Positions 10,465 to 23,800 of a DNA stretch of 64,000 nt are shown in pieces. Each line of letters begins with the position of its first letter. The stretch's first letter is position 1. Made by a program: the position numbers and the translations under genes. The DNA comes from Callorhinchus milii (Eukaryota). Location of the stretch: NCBI RefSeq assembly GCF_018977255.1, contig NW_024704742.1, forward strand, positions 2,978,001 through 3,042,000, read 5' to 3'. The notes under the pieces were generated by a model. The model did no database searches and was not told the DNA's origin. It was given only the letters and a program-made list of their open reading frames with translations.

Positions 10465-11934
10465 TTGTATAAGGAGAAGCTTGGAAATCCAGGAAAGAGT
10501 TAGAATAGTCAAGCTTGGACATCATGAAAGTGCGTAATACGAATTCTCCACAAGCTTTTACGAGGCTATTTTGAAAGTGAGTGAAGCAGTTCTCATCACT
10601 GAACGAAAGTCTATTAAGCAAAAATTGCAAGCCCTTGCTTCTGGTAAAGAAATTGATGGGTCAGTTTATTATTCATTAACTATTTTCTTTCAAAGGATTC
10701 CAGCAAATTCTCGCACTGGTCTTATCCGGGCTAGTAGAACAATATCTCCCGTCAATCACTCTAATCAATCCATCTATTTTTAATTATGTGCCGGAACCTG
10801 ATTAAGTGAACTGTGTTAGAGGCCATGCGACTGTGTGTGTGCTGAGAGTTGTTTAAGGGCTGTGTTCACAGTGGAAAATTGAGCCAGAATATTTGCCTCA
10901 AACCTTGCCTGGTCTTACTCTCAATCATACAACGTTTGTTTTCACAGAATTGCCCCAAGTTATTCAATTCAGTCTTAATTTGGAAGCCAGTTTCTCTCGT
11001 TTCATGAAAAAGGAACGGCTTCCAAAATAAGATGTTAGAAACTTTGTACAACTCTGTGTGATCTTACATTCCAAGAGCTAAATAAGTGGAATCTCAGACT
11101 GAATAAACGCAACAATATGACGGCAAAACAACAAATCAGATAGTATAAATGCATTCAAGAGGAAGCTGGATCTTTACCCCAGGGAGAGAGGAATAGAAGG
11201 GTTTGGGAGGGTAGGAAAGATAGGTGTTGATGGTGAAGTGGATAGGGGTGGAGACTTGTGTGGAGCATAAACACCAGCACAAACTCGTTGGGCCAAATGA
11301 CCTGCTCCCATGCCGTATTATCTCGCACACTTTTTCTTTGAGGATTTTCCCAAGCCATAAAGATAATATTTTTTTTGGGAGAAATCCTTTCAGCGAGCTC
11401 AACAATGCTTGCAATCACCAAAGTGATTCTGGACACTTCAGGTTTTTTTTCTGAGCTACAGAACAGTTATAGGGTTCACTGATAGTGCATTGTTTAACAA
11501 GGTGAGGTTGTCTCTCACCCTGAAACAAATCACTGGGACTCAAGAGGTCTATTTTACTCTTATCGCTGAAGAGCAATCTTTTGCACTGTCTTTGTAATGG
11601 GAAATCCCATTCTCCGCATATTGTGAAAAGATCACTACAATTCGTGATCAGGGTAAGGTCAGCGAACAACTGAGTTATCAATGCTTCCCTCCAGTGAGAG
11701 AATCCACACGCACCCACTTCAGCAACTATTTTCTTTCACGTTATCAAGACCTGAAATTGCGTCGAGTCACCGAGAAGAGTGAAAAATCCTTCAATTCAGT
11801 CTTCATTTGTAAACCGTATGACCTGCAGAAAACTAATTTTCAAATTAACAGCGGATTTAAAAGAGCTATATATTTCTGCATGATCTTAAATATTAAGACA
11901 AGACTTGCGGAGGCCAGTGAACAAGGTCTCTTTA

Positions 11935-12228
11935 TAATTATAATAGTAATTATAATAATAATCATCCTTGCATTTGATACAGTGCTTTATGACGTCTTCA
12001 AGAATATTCTGTAAAGTGAATTGACTGGATTTTTTTTGTGGGCGAAATGCGCACAGGAGTCGTGGTTTTGGAGGAGTTACAACCCCCAGAAAAATGATCC
12101 TCCAATCGATTAACAGCCGGGTTCCTACTTACAGCTGGGCAAACATAGGAGTAAACTTGCCTAAGGTGTCACCATGCCCAGGAATCGCTTGCGAGGCGAG
12201 CGCTCTATCCACTAAGCTACAGGACTCC
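11935..12228 (-). mobile_element. Long-variant SINE with internal deletions
   Basis: (TAA)n tail, ccttgcatttgat, ccgggttcctactt, and reverse head actaagctacaggactcc. Confidence 0.8.
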
Positions 12229-12229
12229 A

Positions 12230-12540
12230 CTTGGGGCTGAACTGGCTCCAAGGTGACGTGCCTCGCCACAGAATTTCGAAATTGACCCATGGCAGGTCTT
12301 GGTAGTCCGGTTCCTGAGACAAGAAAGTCTGCGCTACTCTATGGCATTGCTGGCGACTGATCAGCCAGACTGGGTAAAGACGCGCAGGGGCAGACCGGAT
12401 TCTTCCCACTCAGCTCTTGTGAACGCTGGAAGCCAAAACTCTAGCAGGTAGGATAGTCCCAGCTAGACAAGCAGGGGGACACTTGCCAGGTAATGCTTTC
12501 ATTGGCAAGCTGTGCAGTTTCGACTGGTTTCAGGCCTCTG
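12230..12540 (-). repeat. Copy of the old unnamed repeat
   Basis: gattcttcccactcagctc, agctagacaagcag and gctttcattggcaagct are reverse complements of blocks at 1240-1360. Confidence 0.75.
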
Positions 12541-13724
12541 GAGACAGATTGAAGCATCATTAGAGGCAATGATAAGCAATGTTTAATAATCTTTTGTCAT
12601 TTTCTATCATTATGTGACACCGTATGCTTTCATCCTTCTTTTGGACGCGGCATTTAAACTAAGGTCCCGTCTCTCTGTTTTCTTTGAAAGGATCAGGCAT
12701 TTTCTCTCGGTCTTATCGCCAACAATCCTCCAGATTAATCAATCATTCACTTCATGGCTGTTTGAGGGAGCTTGCTGTTTGCAAATAGCTGCTACATTGG
12801 CCTGTACAAACAGTCACTGCACTTGAGAGTGATTGCTTGGGAAGTGCTTTGAGACATTTTGGTGCAATAAAATGCAAATGACTTCTTTCTTTAATGCTCA
12901 GTTCATAATGTCTATTTCCTGTCCATTCAGTTCAGTTAACCGTGCACAAAGCGTTGCGCGTGACCCCAGTCAATACCATTTCAGAGCATGCTCTTCCATT
13001 CCAGCCTCCTGCTCCTGATAATAATAATGCCTGTGGTGTGCGTAACAAATGCCCTGCTCCTTCGGGAATTAATTTTGCAAAGTGACCTTCGGAGAGTCCT
13101 TAAGAGAGACCTTTTACGCATGCAAAGCAAACATAGGAAAGCATGGAATTAGAAAGGATAATTTGCTCCGGAATACAGCCTATTCCTTCCCCTGCCTCAA
13201 AAACTCAATCGCGGACGTCACTCACCCTATCATTTAGTCTTCTGAGAGGAAGTATTTCATAGAGACGTACTCCCAGAACATCAAAATTAATGAAGTAAAC
13301 AGACTTGGGTATCCACCCCATGTCCATCATTCAGTCTTAGCCTCCTTCCAGCCACAGCAATGTGCAATCAATGAGTCTTGAGGAGTATTTATTCTCCGTC
13401 AGCCTATCTTCTGTCCCAGTATTCCAAGCAGATGCTTACCAGCGTTGCCTGTGAAGAAGATAAATGATGTAGTTCCAGTTGGTGGTGTTGTGAATCTATT
13501 GCTTATACGTTTTTTCAATTTTTGATAACCTTATGTCCTCTAGTTTTGCTCTCAAAGTCTAAGCGAAGTATGCTGAGTATATAGGAACGTGAGATCAGGA
13601 GTCGGCTATTTTCTTACATGATGGCTGATCTGTAACTCAATATCATTTGCCCACATGTTCTCCATATCCTCTGATACCCTTACGGCCTATTTATTTGTTT
13701 CCACTTAAACTGACTCTGCATTAA

Positions 13725-13830
13725 CTGAAATAAAACAGAAGTCGCTGGGAACACTCAGCAGGTCAGGCAGCATCTATGGTGAGAGGAAAGTGGGTTAACG
13801 TTTCAAGTCGATGACCTTTTGTCAGAAAGA
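13725..13830 (-). mobile_element. Penelope-like terminal fragment with a degenerate hammerhead
   Basis: Same arm as 9850. The minus-strand core reads CTGACAA-AAGGTC-ATC-GACTT-GAAACGTT, with G8 mutated. Confidence 0.7.
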
Positions 13831-13893
13831 CCCTTAAAGACCTTTTTCAGCAGGGCATTTTCACCAGGTGCATTACCCTAACCCTAACCCTAA

Positions 13894-14090
13894 GTCTCTT
13901 CGCCTTCCTCCCTCCCTTGCCTCCTTCAAGGCACATCTCAAGACCATCCTCTGCGACCGTGCCTTCGGTCACACTTCTATCCTTGCCCTCCAACCCTACG
14001 GATCCCAATGTCCTGCTCGGGTCCAATTCCTTGCCCCTTGAGACGTCCTCCCGATGTGAAAGGGGTTATAACAAATGTAATTTGTTGTTG
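13894..14090 (+). mobile_element. L2 LINE 3' end
   Basis: ccttcaaggcacatctcaagaccatcctctgcgaccgtgccttcggtcac (FK.HLKT.L.DRAF-like), then gagacgtcctcccgatgtgaaagg...aaatgtaatttgttgttg tail. Confidence 0.8.
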
Positions 14091-14914
14091 TGGTCAGGGC
14101 AGCTGCCTTTACTATGAGAATTGGGCCAGGCTGGAGGGAAGGGGAGATGAGAGAAAAGTTACTTGTAGAAGAGAATGAGATAAGGAAATTCAAAGCCAAT
14201 GAAGCAGAGAGGCACCTTGCCATAGAAACCTATTAGATCCAGATTGTCTTCATCTGATTTATTTTCCCTGGAGGCGAGAGCTTGGAACTGAAGACAATTT
14301 AGATCAGCCAGCTGTATTACTGCTATCATTATCTCAGCTTAAGACCAAAAAGCTTGATTTAAGGAATCTATATTAACATGTTAAAAGGTACAGGTGTCGA
14401 TGAAAGAATCTCTATTTTCCTTGAAAAAAACTCCAAAGAAATTAAGGAGCGATTGCAAACAATTGGGACAAATCTCGTTTTTCCAGAATAATATCATGAA
14501 TTATACCAATATGAGGAAATTTTTTCATTTGGAAACACCCAGATAAAATTGGTCACTATATAACTGTTTGTGGGACCTTGCTGTGTGTGTGTGCAAATTG
14601 GCTGTGGCATTTACATGCAAATACGCAGTCACTTCACTTTACAGTAAATCTCGTGAAGCGCTTTGTGATGTCCCCCTGACATGAAAGGTACCACAACAAC
14701 AACAACTCGCACTTATACAGCGCCCTCCATGCAGGGTAGAGTCTCGGAGCGCTTAACGGCTCGTGTTTTTATTTAATAACTGGATTTTCAGTGGCAGTTT
14801 GTTTTGAGAGTCAAGCGATGAGTACGTAGTTAAGTTTCATTGGCTATTCCCAGGACGGTCCTACCTGATCCATGCAAATCCAACCAGAGGGACACCTCAA
14901 AGTGTGCTGTATAT

Positions 14915-15400
14915 TGAGTCCCATAGCATCGTGGTTAGTGCTAATCCAGGTTCGATTCCAGGGTGGGAGAAACCTTAGGCAACACTGAGCATACTTTACG
15001 TTTCCTAAACGGAAGTGTGTGTACCGCCTTGTAATTAATGCGGCGTCATGTAGCATATTGGTTAGAGCACTTGCCTCACCAGCGAGAGACCTGGGTTCGA
15101 TTCCCCGGTAGGGAGACTTAGGCAAGTTTCCTTACCCTACACGCCTCTGTGTCCCCAGCAGTAAGTAGGAACCCGGTTGTTAGTCATTTGGTGGATCGCT
15201 CCCTGGGTGTATTAATGCCTCCTTCCCAAAGAAATATTTGGTCAGTCAATCTGTGACTGTTTATGGGACACTGCTGTGGGTAATTGGCTGCCACAAAATG
15301 CACAGTCAATCCGCTTTACTAACACACTCTGTGAAGGGCATTGCGACTTCTCAATTACGTGATAAGGCCCTATATCAAATGCAAGGATTTATATTATTAT
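14915..15400 (+). mobile_element. Long-variant SINE preceded by a second partial tRNA head
   Basis: Heads at ~14915 and ~15042 (ggttcgattcc B-boxes), cagcagtaagtaggaacccgg insert, and the common tail. Confidence 0.8.
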
Positions 15401-15445
15401 TTGGGAGGATAACATCTGCCACAGATCCCTAATGACAGTTACATT

Positions 15446-15777
15446 GGAGTCCTGTAGCTCAGTGGTTAGAGCACTCGCTTTGCAAGCGAGAGACCTGAGT
15501 TCAATTCCAGGCAGAGGGTGAAACCTTGGGCAAGTTTCCTTACTCCACACAGAGCCTAATAATAATCCCTCCAAAACCAAAAACAATAATAAATTGGTCA
15601 TTTTTCAATCCGCGACTGTTTGTTGGACATTGCTGTGCGCAATTGGCTGCCGCGTTCGCCCACAAATATACAGTCAATTCACTTTACAGTGTGTTCTGCG
15701 AAGCGCTTTGGGACGTCCTCCCGATGTGAAAAGCGCTATATCAAATGCAAGGATTATTATTATTATTATTATTATTA
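15446..15777 (+). mobile_element. Full-length young tRNA-Ala-derived SINE
   Basis: Near-identical to 3194 and 10132. TTACATTG at both ends is a possible target duplication overlapping the termini. Confidence 0.95.
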
Positions 15778-16969
15778 CATTGCAACTCTATCTCAAATCA
15801 AACCTGTTTTCTCCCAACACAAAGCATCCAGATTTTGAAATCTCTATCCTGTTTTACCTGATAAATCAAGTTTACCTTTGATTTTTTTCAATTGGGCAGT
15901 GTTGTGCGAAATTCTTAAATGCGGTCTGAGTTTTTAAGNAAAAAAAGCTCTCAAATTAAGATTGAATTTACGAAATTTGGTATATTTCCGTACGATCTTA
16001 AGATTTTAAACAGATTGTTCTTACAGCCTAAGGGTAAGCGGAAGATTTCTCAATGCACAATATCTTCATTGATTCAAACAAAGTAACAGACAACATTTCA
16101 CATTGCAGCCTATTTAAAGTGTTACAACAAGCCAATAACAGAAATTGTCAGCACTGTCGAAATCATCTATATCACTAAATCTTGTAATAAGTGCATTATA
16201 TTATTGAGTCGCTAAGTGAGTGGTTAATGCTACATTTTTGGTGATTGACAGGGATGTTTGCATCCACTGGACTTGTTCGATATCTAGCTTGAGCACAGAT
16301 AGTGGATGAAGCTGTGAATGAAATGGAAATGAATGTGAAACTCCATGGGATGTGTACTGACAAACATTGATGCTGGTAATATTGATCTCCTAGCAGAATG
16401 GGACACAGGAATGCAAGACACACACCGTGTGCCCAGCAAATAAGAAAGTGGGACAAGAGAATAGGGAGAAGAAAATATAGTCCATGCTGATTTGCTTGAA
16501 ATGAATTAGATGCCAGACATTACAAATCTTATCGAGTCACCTATCCTACGTTTGGAGAATAAACTGAACACAATAGGCATTTCAACAGTCACAGTCATTT
16601 CATTTTGCAGTACATCCTGTGAAGAAATTTGGGATGTTCTCCTGATATGAAAGGCACTATATCAAATATAAAAATTATTAATTGAGGGCATCAACATGCA
16701 TTTGTACACAGTTAACTCATCCTGCGTATTTTGTGTATGGTTTGTTAACCCAACCCAAAATGCATTTGATGACTCAGACACATCTTGGATACAAATGAAA
16801 AATAACCAGTAGAATCCTATCTTGTAAGGACATGTTGGCAGAACATGTGGCAAGAAATAACAGTGTATAATGTGGAAAAATAAGTCACGTGAGGAATTAA
16901 TGAAGCTTTGTTTTTGTTGTAAGTGTTCAGAAATGTGCAAAGGTAAATGGCAGAAATTATGTTAATGCA

Positions 16970-17260
16970 ATACAAAGCGATTTACATTTGTACAGCGGCT
17001 TTCACGTCGAGAGGATGTCCCCCAGTGCTTCGGAGTGCTGGATGGGTACCTAAACTGGGAGTGGAAGGGAAAAGGGAGGGCAAAGATGATTGAACGCATA
17101 CATTTTGAGATGTGCCTTGAGAATTCAGAGGGAGGAAGTCAGGGGGACTTGGCAATGGAATTCCAGAGAGTGGGTCAGAATAGCTGCAAACCTGCCCGCC
17201 ATCCATGGGGCAGGTAAGGCGGTGAACATGAACTAGACCAGCGCCTGCTGAGCGAAGGGA
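16970..17260 (-). mobile_element. L2 LINE 3' end
   Basis: tttcacgtcgagaggatgtccc...ttttgagatgtgccttgaga...gaattccagagagtggg, the reverse complement of the L2 3' end. Confidence 0.7.
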
Positions 17261-18379
17261 GCAGCCAGGTCAGGAAGACATGCTACTGATACATGAGCTA
17301 TCATAGGACATTGCACGATTATTCCCCAAATCGGTGCTATTCCGGGACACCGGACTCAATGGATCGTCTACATTCTGATAATGGAATTCAAAGGTTGTTA
17401 AGCGTCTGCTAATCATTTGGCCTCCTTTGATTTAGCAAACAATCCAACCACCACTTTGATTGATCCCGGTGAGCATTATTTTCAGGTTGTTTGGGTTTTG
17501 ACACGTCCAAAAGCATTGGGCGGCATGTCAAGAAACCAACAACCTGCAAATAATTTCAAATTGAAATAAAAAATAGAAGTGTATCTTAAAACCGCAGGCG
17601 TGACTGCAAATTTATTGCTGTGTTACACAGCACCTACGGTCACCTTGATTAAAGAGCTGTCTGTCTAAAGTAGCCATTACTTCTGAGAAATATTCTCTCC
17701 AGTCTTTCCTTTCATTTTATAAGCATTGGCACATGGCTGAACTCTTCTCTCTGTAAATGTTGATAAACCCTTACAATCGCTATTAAAGATGATACTTCTG
17801 AGTAATAAATGAATGCAGCTGGTAAATGAATTAAACAACGATTCCTAAACGCTGTTGTGATCATTGTTTAAAATGTCCATTGTGGTTAGGTTTGAGTGAA
17901 ACGTTGGGATCTGGACTATATTCATGGTTCATCCATATTTACATCGGAATCAGTTCAGGCAATGCTGAATTTGTGGCATTACAGAAACTAATTGACAGGA
18001 GTTTCTGAACCCAACAGTGCAGGGGAGCAAAAATAACATAAGTAGATGGACAGGAGAATCAGAAGAACCTCAAGTTAATGATTAGACCCTGCTAATGGTA
18101 CATTTGATCTCTTGCACTTTCGAGCTCTGTGATTCTTCCTATCCAGCTTGTTAAACCTAACAATATGATGTCCATTCATCGCTGTTGAGAAATTTTGTTT
18201 CCTACAAAACAATCAACAAGCAAAAAACAGGCGCTAAAGTGAAAGTTAATCCTCTATAGATGTTTTCAAAATAGGTTGCACATCATAGTGACATCACTGT
18301 ATCTGAGGCCAGTCCTGTCGGACACTTCAAATGTCTTCCCGTAATTTTTTTTAACGAAAAATGCTCCTTTGTATGCACC

Positions 18380-18590
18380 AAAACAACAACAACTTGCATA
18401 CTTAAGTGTCTCGTTGTATAGCATCGGAACATTGAACGCCAAGCGGGAGTGAGGGGGAAGTGGGAGGTGACCGTAGGCACAGTCAAAGTGGTGGGTTTGA
18501 AGATGGCACTTGAAGACAGATAGAGAGTGGGCAAGGCAGAAGGGTAGAGTGAGGGAGCCCCAGAGATTAGGGGTATAGTATCAGAAGGAT
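18380..18590 (-). mobile_element. L2 LINE 3' end
   Basis: (CAA)n-cttgcat tail, then ggtgaccgtaggcacagtcaaag...tttgaagatggcacttgaag. Confidence 0.7.
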
Positions 18591-19597
18591 CAGTATCAAT
18601 GGGGGAATCGGGAGTTAATTAATCCACGTTAATTTAAGGCGTGTTGTTAACGAGTATTAACAAGTACAAAAGTTTCCAGCTATTAACATAGCTACTAACA
18701 CTAGATCCTGACTGTATTGAAACAAAAGGGCTGAAATCCCACACTGGTGCGGCAGTATACCTTACAGCATTATTGTGAGTTCAGTGGTACAAACAAATCT
18801 TTGACAACTGGGCTACTTCCCAGTATTCTGCTCATAGTTTTCTTGACTTTTATAGTCCTATGACCAACTGGTCCTATGACTGTCCACCTTGGAAATTGAC
18901 AGCATGTCAACATGCAAAATCCGATGCGAAAGGCACTATATCGAAAGTAAGGTTTATTATTATGTTTCTGATTGAAAATAAAAGCAGCACATTAAGCAGA
19001 CAGCTTTCTAGTTTTACTTATATGTTATTTAATGTATGCATTTGAGTATTCAAGCTCGCATTATTCTCAAATATTAATTAATGTCCTTATTGTTTGAAAT
19101 AGATCGAGGTGGTACATGCAGCTTACAGGTAATGTGTCTGTAAAGCAAAGGCAGAAATTACAGTACTTATATGGCAATATAATGTATCTTGCAGTTTTAC
19201 AATAATTATTTTGAACCAGATAGAAGGATCTCCATAGCACATAAAATAACCTGTGTTTACGTGTGGCAGAGAATTGCATATACGGGAGTATACTTAACTG
19301 GCAGCACCACATCACAGGATTCAGAGGAAAGTCTAAAAAGCAGTTGTACTGCAGATTTAGTTGTGATTCAATTGTATTTCCACATTACACTTTGGTTTCT
19401 TTCATACTTCCTCCCCTAAAGGTCTGATCTATTGTGGAGTACAGATTCATAGGAATCGATCGCCCTCTGGTATCTCCATTAAGTGGCTGTCTTTCATGTG
19501 TGAACTCGGACAGTGAATAGGTGATCGACCGTGTGATGCACTCAGTAGATGAGTCTAGACCTGGTCTTCGCATTCAGAATTTTACACGTACACTTTC

Positions 19598-19985
19598 CAG
19601 CATTAGAACAAAGAGGTTGAGGGTGACATGCTATAGATCTTTTAAAATTAAGAGGGGAGAAATTATTTCCACTGATACCACCAGTGAGTTGGCGCTAAGA
19701 GGGCATCAATTTAAGAAGGTTAGTAAATGAACAAATAGGGAAGGTTAAGAGAATTTTTTTCACACGCGCACACACACACACACAGTAGTTAGGATACGGA
19801 ATGCCCTGCAGGGAACAGTGATTGAGGTAGGCTCTAGATTAGCACTTGATATATATCTAAAAAGAAGTGAGCTAACAGAGATACGGGGAAAGAGCAGGGA
19901 AATGGGACTCAAAGATTTGCTCATTAAATGAGCCATCACAGATATACGATGGTCCGAATGGCCCACTTCTATTGCTGTAAATTTC
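19598..19985 (+). mobile_element. CR1 LINE 3' fragment with a (CA)n insertion
   Basis: FSIRTKRLRGD-like segment, RGHQFKK, FFT..VVRIRNALQG, and a 3'UTR with gatggtccgaatggcc. Confidence 0.8.
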
Positions 19986-21299
19986 GACTCTACGGGTCAT
20001 GAGATAGTGATCAGGAATGGAAATACTAGTTGGTATTTTTCCTTCCAATGTCGGGGTCACTGACTCCATTTGTGGGGATTTTACTGCTGTCTCAGCAACA
20101 ATGGAAGTCTCATCGACTAAATTTCTATCGAGGTCAAAAAGCATCAAGTGAGATGTATTTTACAAATCATCAATGACACCAAATGCATACGTTATATTAG
20201 TTGGTTACCTTGTCGTGTCCATTGTCAGAGCTTGAATGAAACGTCTGAAGGAGAGTTGAGGGTTGAACGAAACATCAAGGTTCCATTGAGTTGAAACGAA
20301 CAACCAGGAAAGTCGATGCTCATAGATGTGACCTAGTTTTGAATAGAGTGCAAAACATTCAGTGACAGTATTGATTGAGGGCTATAAAAAATGCGGGGTC
20401 TATATTATGCACAGTTAAACAGGTGATTTGAATTGGAATAGGAGTGTACTGTTGAAGAAGACAATTACCAAATGAACAAACCTTACGAGTGAGACTTGAG
20501 ATTCGAATGTATTTTCCTTGTGTGGAACGATGGATATTTGGCCTTCCAGTTAAGCACAACCGTGTCAATTAGCTCCTTCAAAGAAAGAGACAGAGAAATA
20601 TTTGGTGGTGAATTTGATTGCAGGTCACAGACGTCACTACGGACGGGGATATTGAATATTCAAAGGGAAGGAACCAAACAGTGAGATTTAAAATAGCTGA
20701 ATTCTACAGCTGAATAACTGTTGTGGAATTGAGCTTGCTTACCTTAGGGTCGGGGGGAAATTATGCAGAACTTGGGAGAACAAAAACCATTTGAGTCTGG
20801 ATGAGCCTTGCTTGCAGGCACTAGTTGGTTGCTTGTCTCTAACATATAATATTGCCCCTACAGATTGAAAACATGCAACTCCAGCGTTAGCCTGAAAGAC
20901 CAATAAAGGCGTTACTGAGGCTTTCTTACGATTTCACATGACTTAAAAAAATAAGATGACATTCACTGCGACACGCTGGTCGATTTATTTCATTCTTCAG
21001 AGCTGTGATATGAAATCAAAGAGCAGGCCTTAAACAACGTTGCACGGTGAAAATGATTTTAAAAAGGAGAATCATTTAAACATAAAACATTCCCAATTAA
21101 TGAAGTCTGCAAGTATATAAATCAGAACCGGCGCACACCTCACAGTCTGTCTTATTTCTGTTCTAATTTTTCGCTTGAATGAATTACAGTTAAATTCTAA
21201 TATAGTCAGTCACTCCAACAGCCAATAACCTGTTTCTGAAGACTGTAATCATTTGTTATCAATTCATAGTGGAATATTACTTTGAAACGGAAAGCTAGA

Positions 21300-21590
21300 G
21301 AGATACAACGACATTGTGTAGATTTACTAAGGTGTTACCTGGGATGAGTGCAGACAGCGACGCGCTCAAGTTGTTGGTGGTGGTGGTTAGAGTTATCTTA
21401 CCCTGGAGATGAGTGAGGGGCCCTGATGGAGCCGTTTAAAATTAAAAAGGGGTCGATAAAATAAACATAAGCAGGCTGTTGTCACTTGTTGGTGAGTCTG
21501 TAAATAATCAATAGCCATTATCAAATCTAAAAGAGAGTTTAAGGAGGAAAGTCTTTGAGTAGAGGATTGGTGAGAATGTGGAACTTCTGA
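21300..21590 (+). mobile_element. Degenerate CR1 ORF2 C-terminal fragment
   Basis: agatttactaaggtgttacctgggatg (RFTKVLPGM) and gtggaac (VWN-like) blocks. Confidence 0.6.
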
Positions 21591-23199
21591 ATCGTTAGCA
21601 TCACAGTGCAGGAACTCAAAACATATCACTTCCGATTCCACTTGGCCTCGACAAGACAAGAGATTTTCTTCGAGGTAGTGGCGATCGAAAGGTTAATCTT
21701 ACAGTGATACCATTTTTCCTGATATCTGAACATTTATTGTCCGTAACATTGGGAGATTTTTCAGCGTCACCAAAATGTTAAGATCACATCTGAAATGCAG
21801 AGGAATACAGGACACACAGAATTCCTAAGAGTTGTTAGCAGACGAAGAGTTAAAGTAATTAGTTTAAAGAAAACTGTTGTCACCACGGGTTTTGGTAACT
21901 ACTGTGCAATAATATTTTGCAGAAGTTCATCTTCCCTAAAGGCATTGATCTACAATTTAGTCTGGAAATATGTTATGAATGCAAATTATTCACCATGGAG
22001 TGTGTATTTGTGCGTGTGTGTGTTTGTGGTGGGGGAGGGAAAAAATTAGTTCTTTGTGTTCATTCATCGGGGAGGAATTTCACCTTCCTACCACAGCTAC
22101 ATTATATAGCAGACAGGCCACAAGATAGTAAGAGGATTACAGCACAAAAACGTGATATTTCGCAGAAGCTGAAGGAACCAGCGAGTACAGTTCTCGAGTA
22201 TCTCAGCAAAGCATCGCAACACTGGTCTAATCATTTATTTCCAAGAGCGTGCAGTTCTTTTATTGGGTGTGACAATGCAAGAATGCTTGAGGCTTCAGGT
22301 TCCTCTGGCAACCACTTCTAGGACATTGGATTATTGCCGTTTCTCCAACAACAACAACAACACATTGCATTTATATAGCGACCGCCCTTCATGTCGGGAG
22401 GACAACAGCACAGAGACTACGGGGGAACATGTCCAGCCAAACATTTGAAACAATTTACAATGAGGAAAGCTGAATGAGAGCTACCTCCCCTCTCCCCACA
22501 GGCTCGGAGTCAGGCTCCGCCACCGTTAAGCGCTCTGAGAAGCTACCCTGAGCGTAGGGCGCTGTATAAGTGCAAGTTGTTGTTGTTGTTGATGACATTT
22601 GGAAAGTAAAGTCTTGTAACCTGTGCTGAAAGTAAAAAAAAACCATAACGTTAAAAGCTTCCTATTATTATTGTAAAATCTTAATTGACTGTCTTGAATG
22701 ACTGATCTGTGGACTGACCGGCACGACACGATTCTGTGAACTCTGTTGTTTCAGAGGTTTCATATCACTGTTGATTTATGGCATCAAGAGTAGATGCGAG
22801 CGTGCTATAGGGGCTAACATGGCCTATACACACGGTACGATAGGGAGCATTTTCCTTCAACGAAACCATTCTTTCTTGTTAGCTATTTCTGCTATCAGCC
22901 GTCAATTTATTTGCTTTCGTAAAAAGTGCACAGTTGCTCATCTCTCATGAGATCTTCTCCGACACAGAAATCATTGTGCTCAAAGAGTCAGATCCCACAC
23001 AGGTGCTCTGCCGTAGCCTTCAGGAGGGCTATTGAAAAACTAGACATGACGGAGTATGATGAAAGAGGCACTTCTAGGACTGATAACACAGTTGTGCACT
23101 AGAGAAAATGTTAATTATTGCTCTTCGGACAAGATCACAAGAGGCTTGGATGAAGGAAGCCATTCATCACATTTGATTTAATTCATTGATTTCATGGGT

Positions 23200-23800
23200 A
23201 TCGGCCTGGCTCATTTGGTAGCTTATGAGTCAGAAGTATGTGAGTTAAAGCCCCACGTTGGAACTTGGAGCTCATATCGTCCATACTGACAATTCAATGC
23301 AGTATTACACGTGCGCTATATTGTTTGAGGTGCCGTCTGTCGGGTGGGACGTTAAAACAAGATTCCTTCTGCCTGGTCAGGTGGATGTTAAAGATCTCCT
23401 AAAACTATTTGAAAAGAGAAGTGAGTTTCTCCTGGCATCTTGGCCAACCAATCCCGCAGATAAAATTGGTCATTCATTTCACAGCTGTTCATGGAACAAA
23501 GCTATCCATGAAATAGGATGCCACTTTGGCACACAAGTAATAATAATAATAATAATAATCCTTGCATTTGATATAGTGCTTAAACGTCTTCCCAACGTTT
23601 CAAAGCACTTCACAGAATAGACTGTAAAGTGAATTGACCGTATATTTGTGGGCGAAACCACTGAGCTACAGGACTCCACTTTACAGTATATAGTCAATTC
23701 ATTTGATACTTCACAGTGTATTCTTTGAAGTGGTTTGAGATGTCTCAACGATATAAGGCGCAATATCAAATACGAGGATTATTATCATTATTATCATCTA
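23200..23800 (+). mobile_element. Deu-domain SINE interrupted by an inverted, internally deleted young SINE (23540-23677, minus strand)
   Basis: Deu block at 23325-23450. The insert joins the tail directly to the first ~22 nt of the head (gtgggcgaaaccactgagctacaggactcc). Confidence 0.75.

Noticed and set aside
15939..15939. Single N base (another at ~59935)
   Set aside because: Assembly ambiguity beside a homopolymer, not biological.
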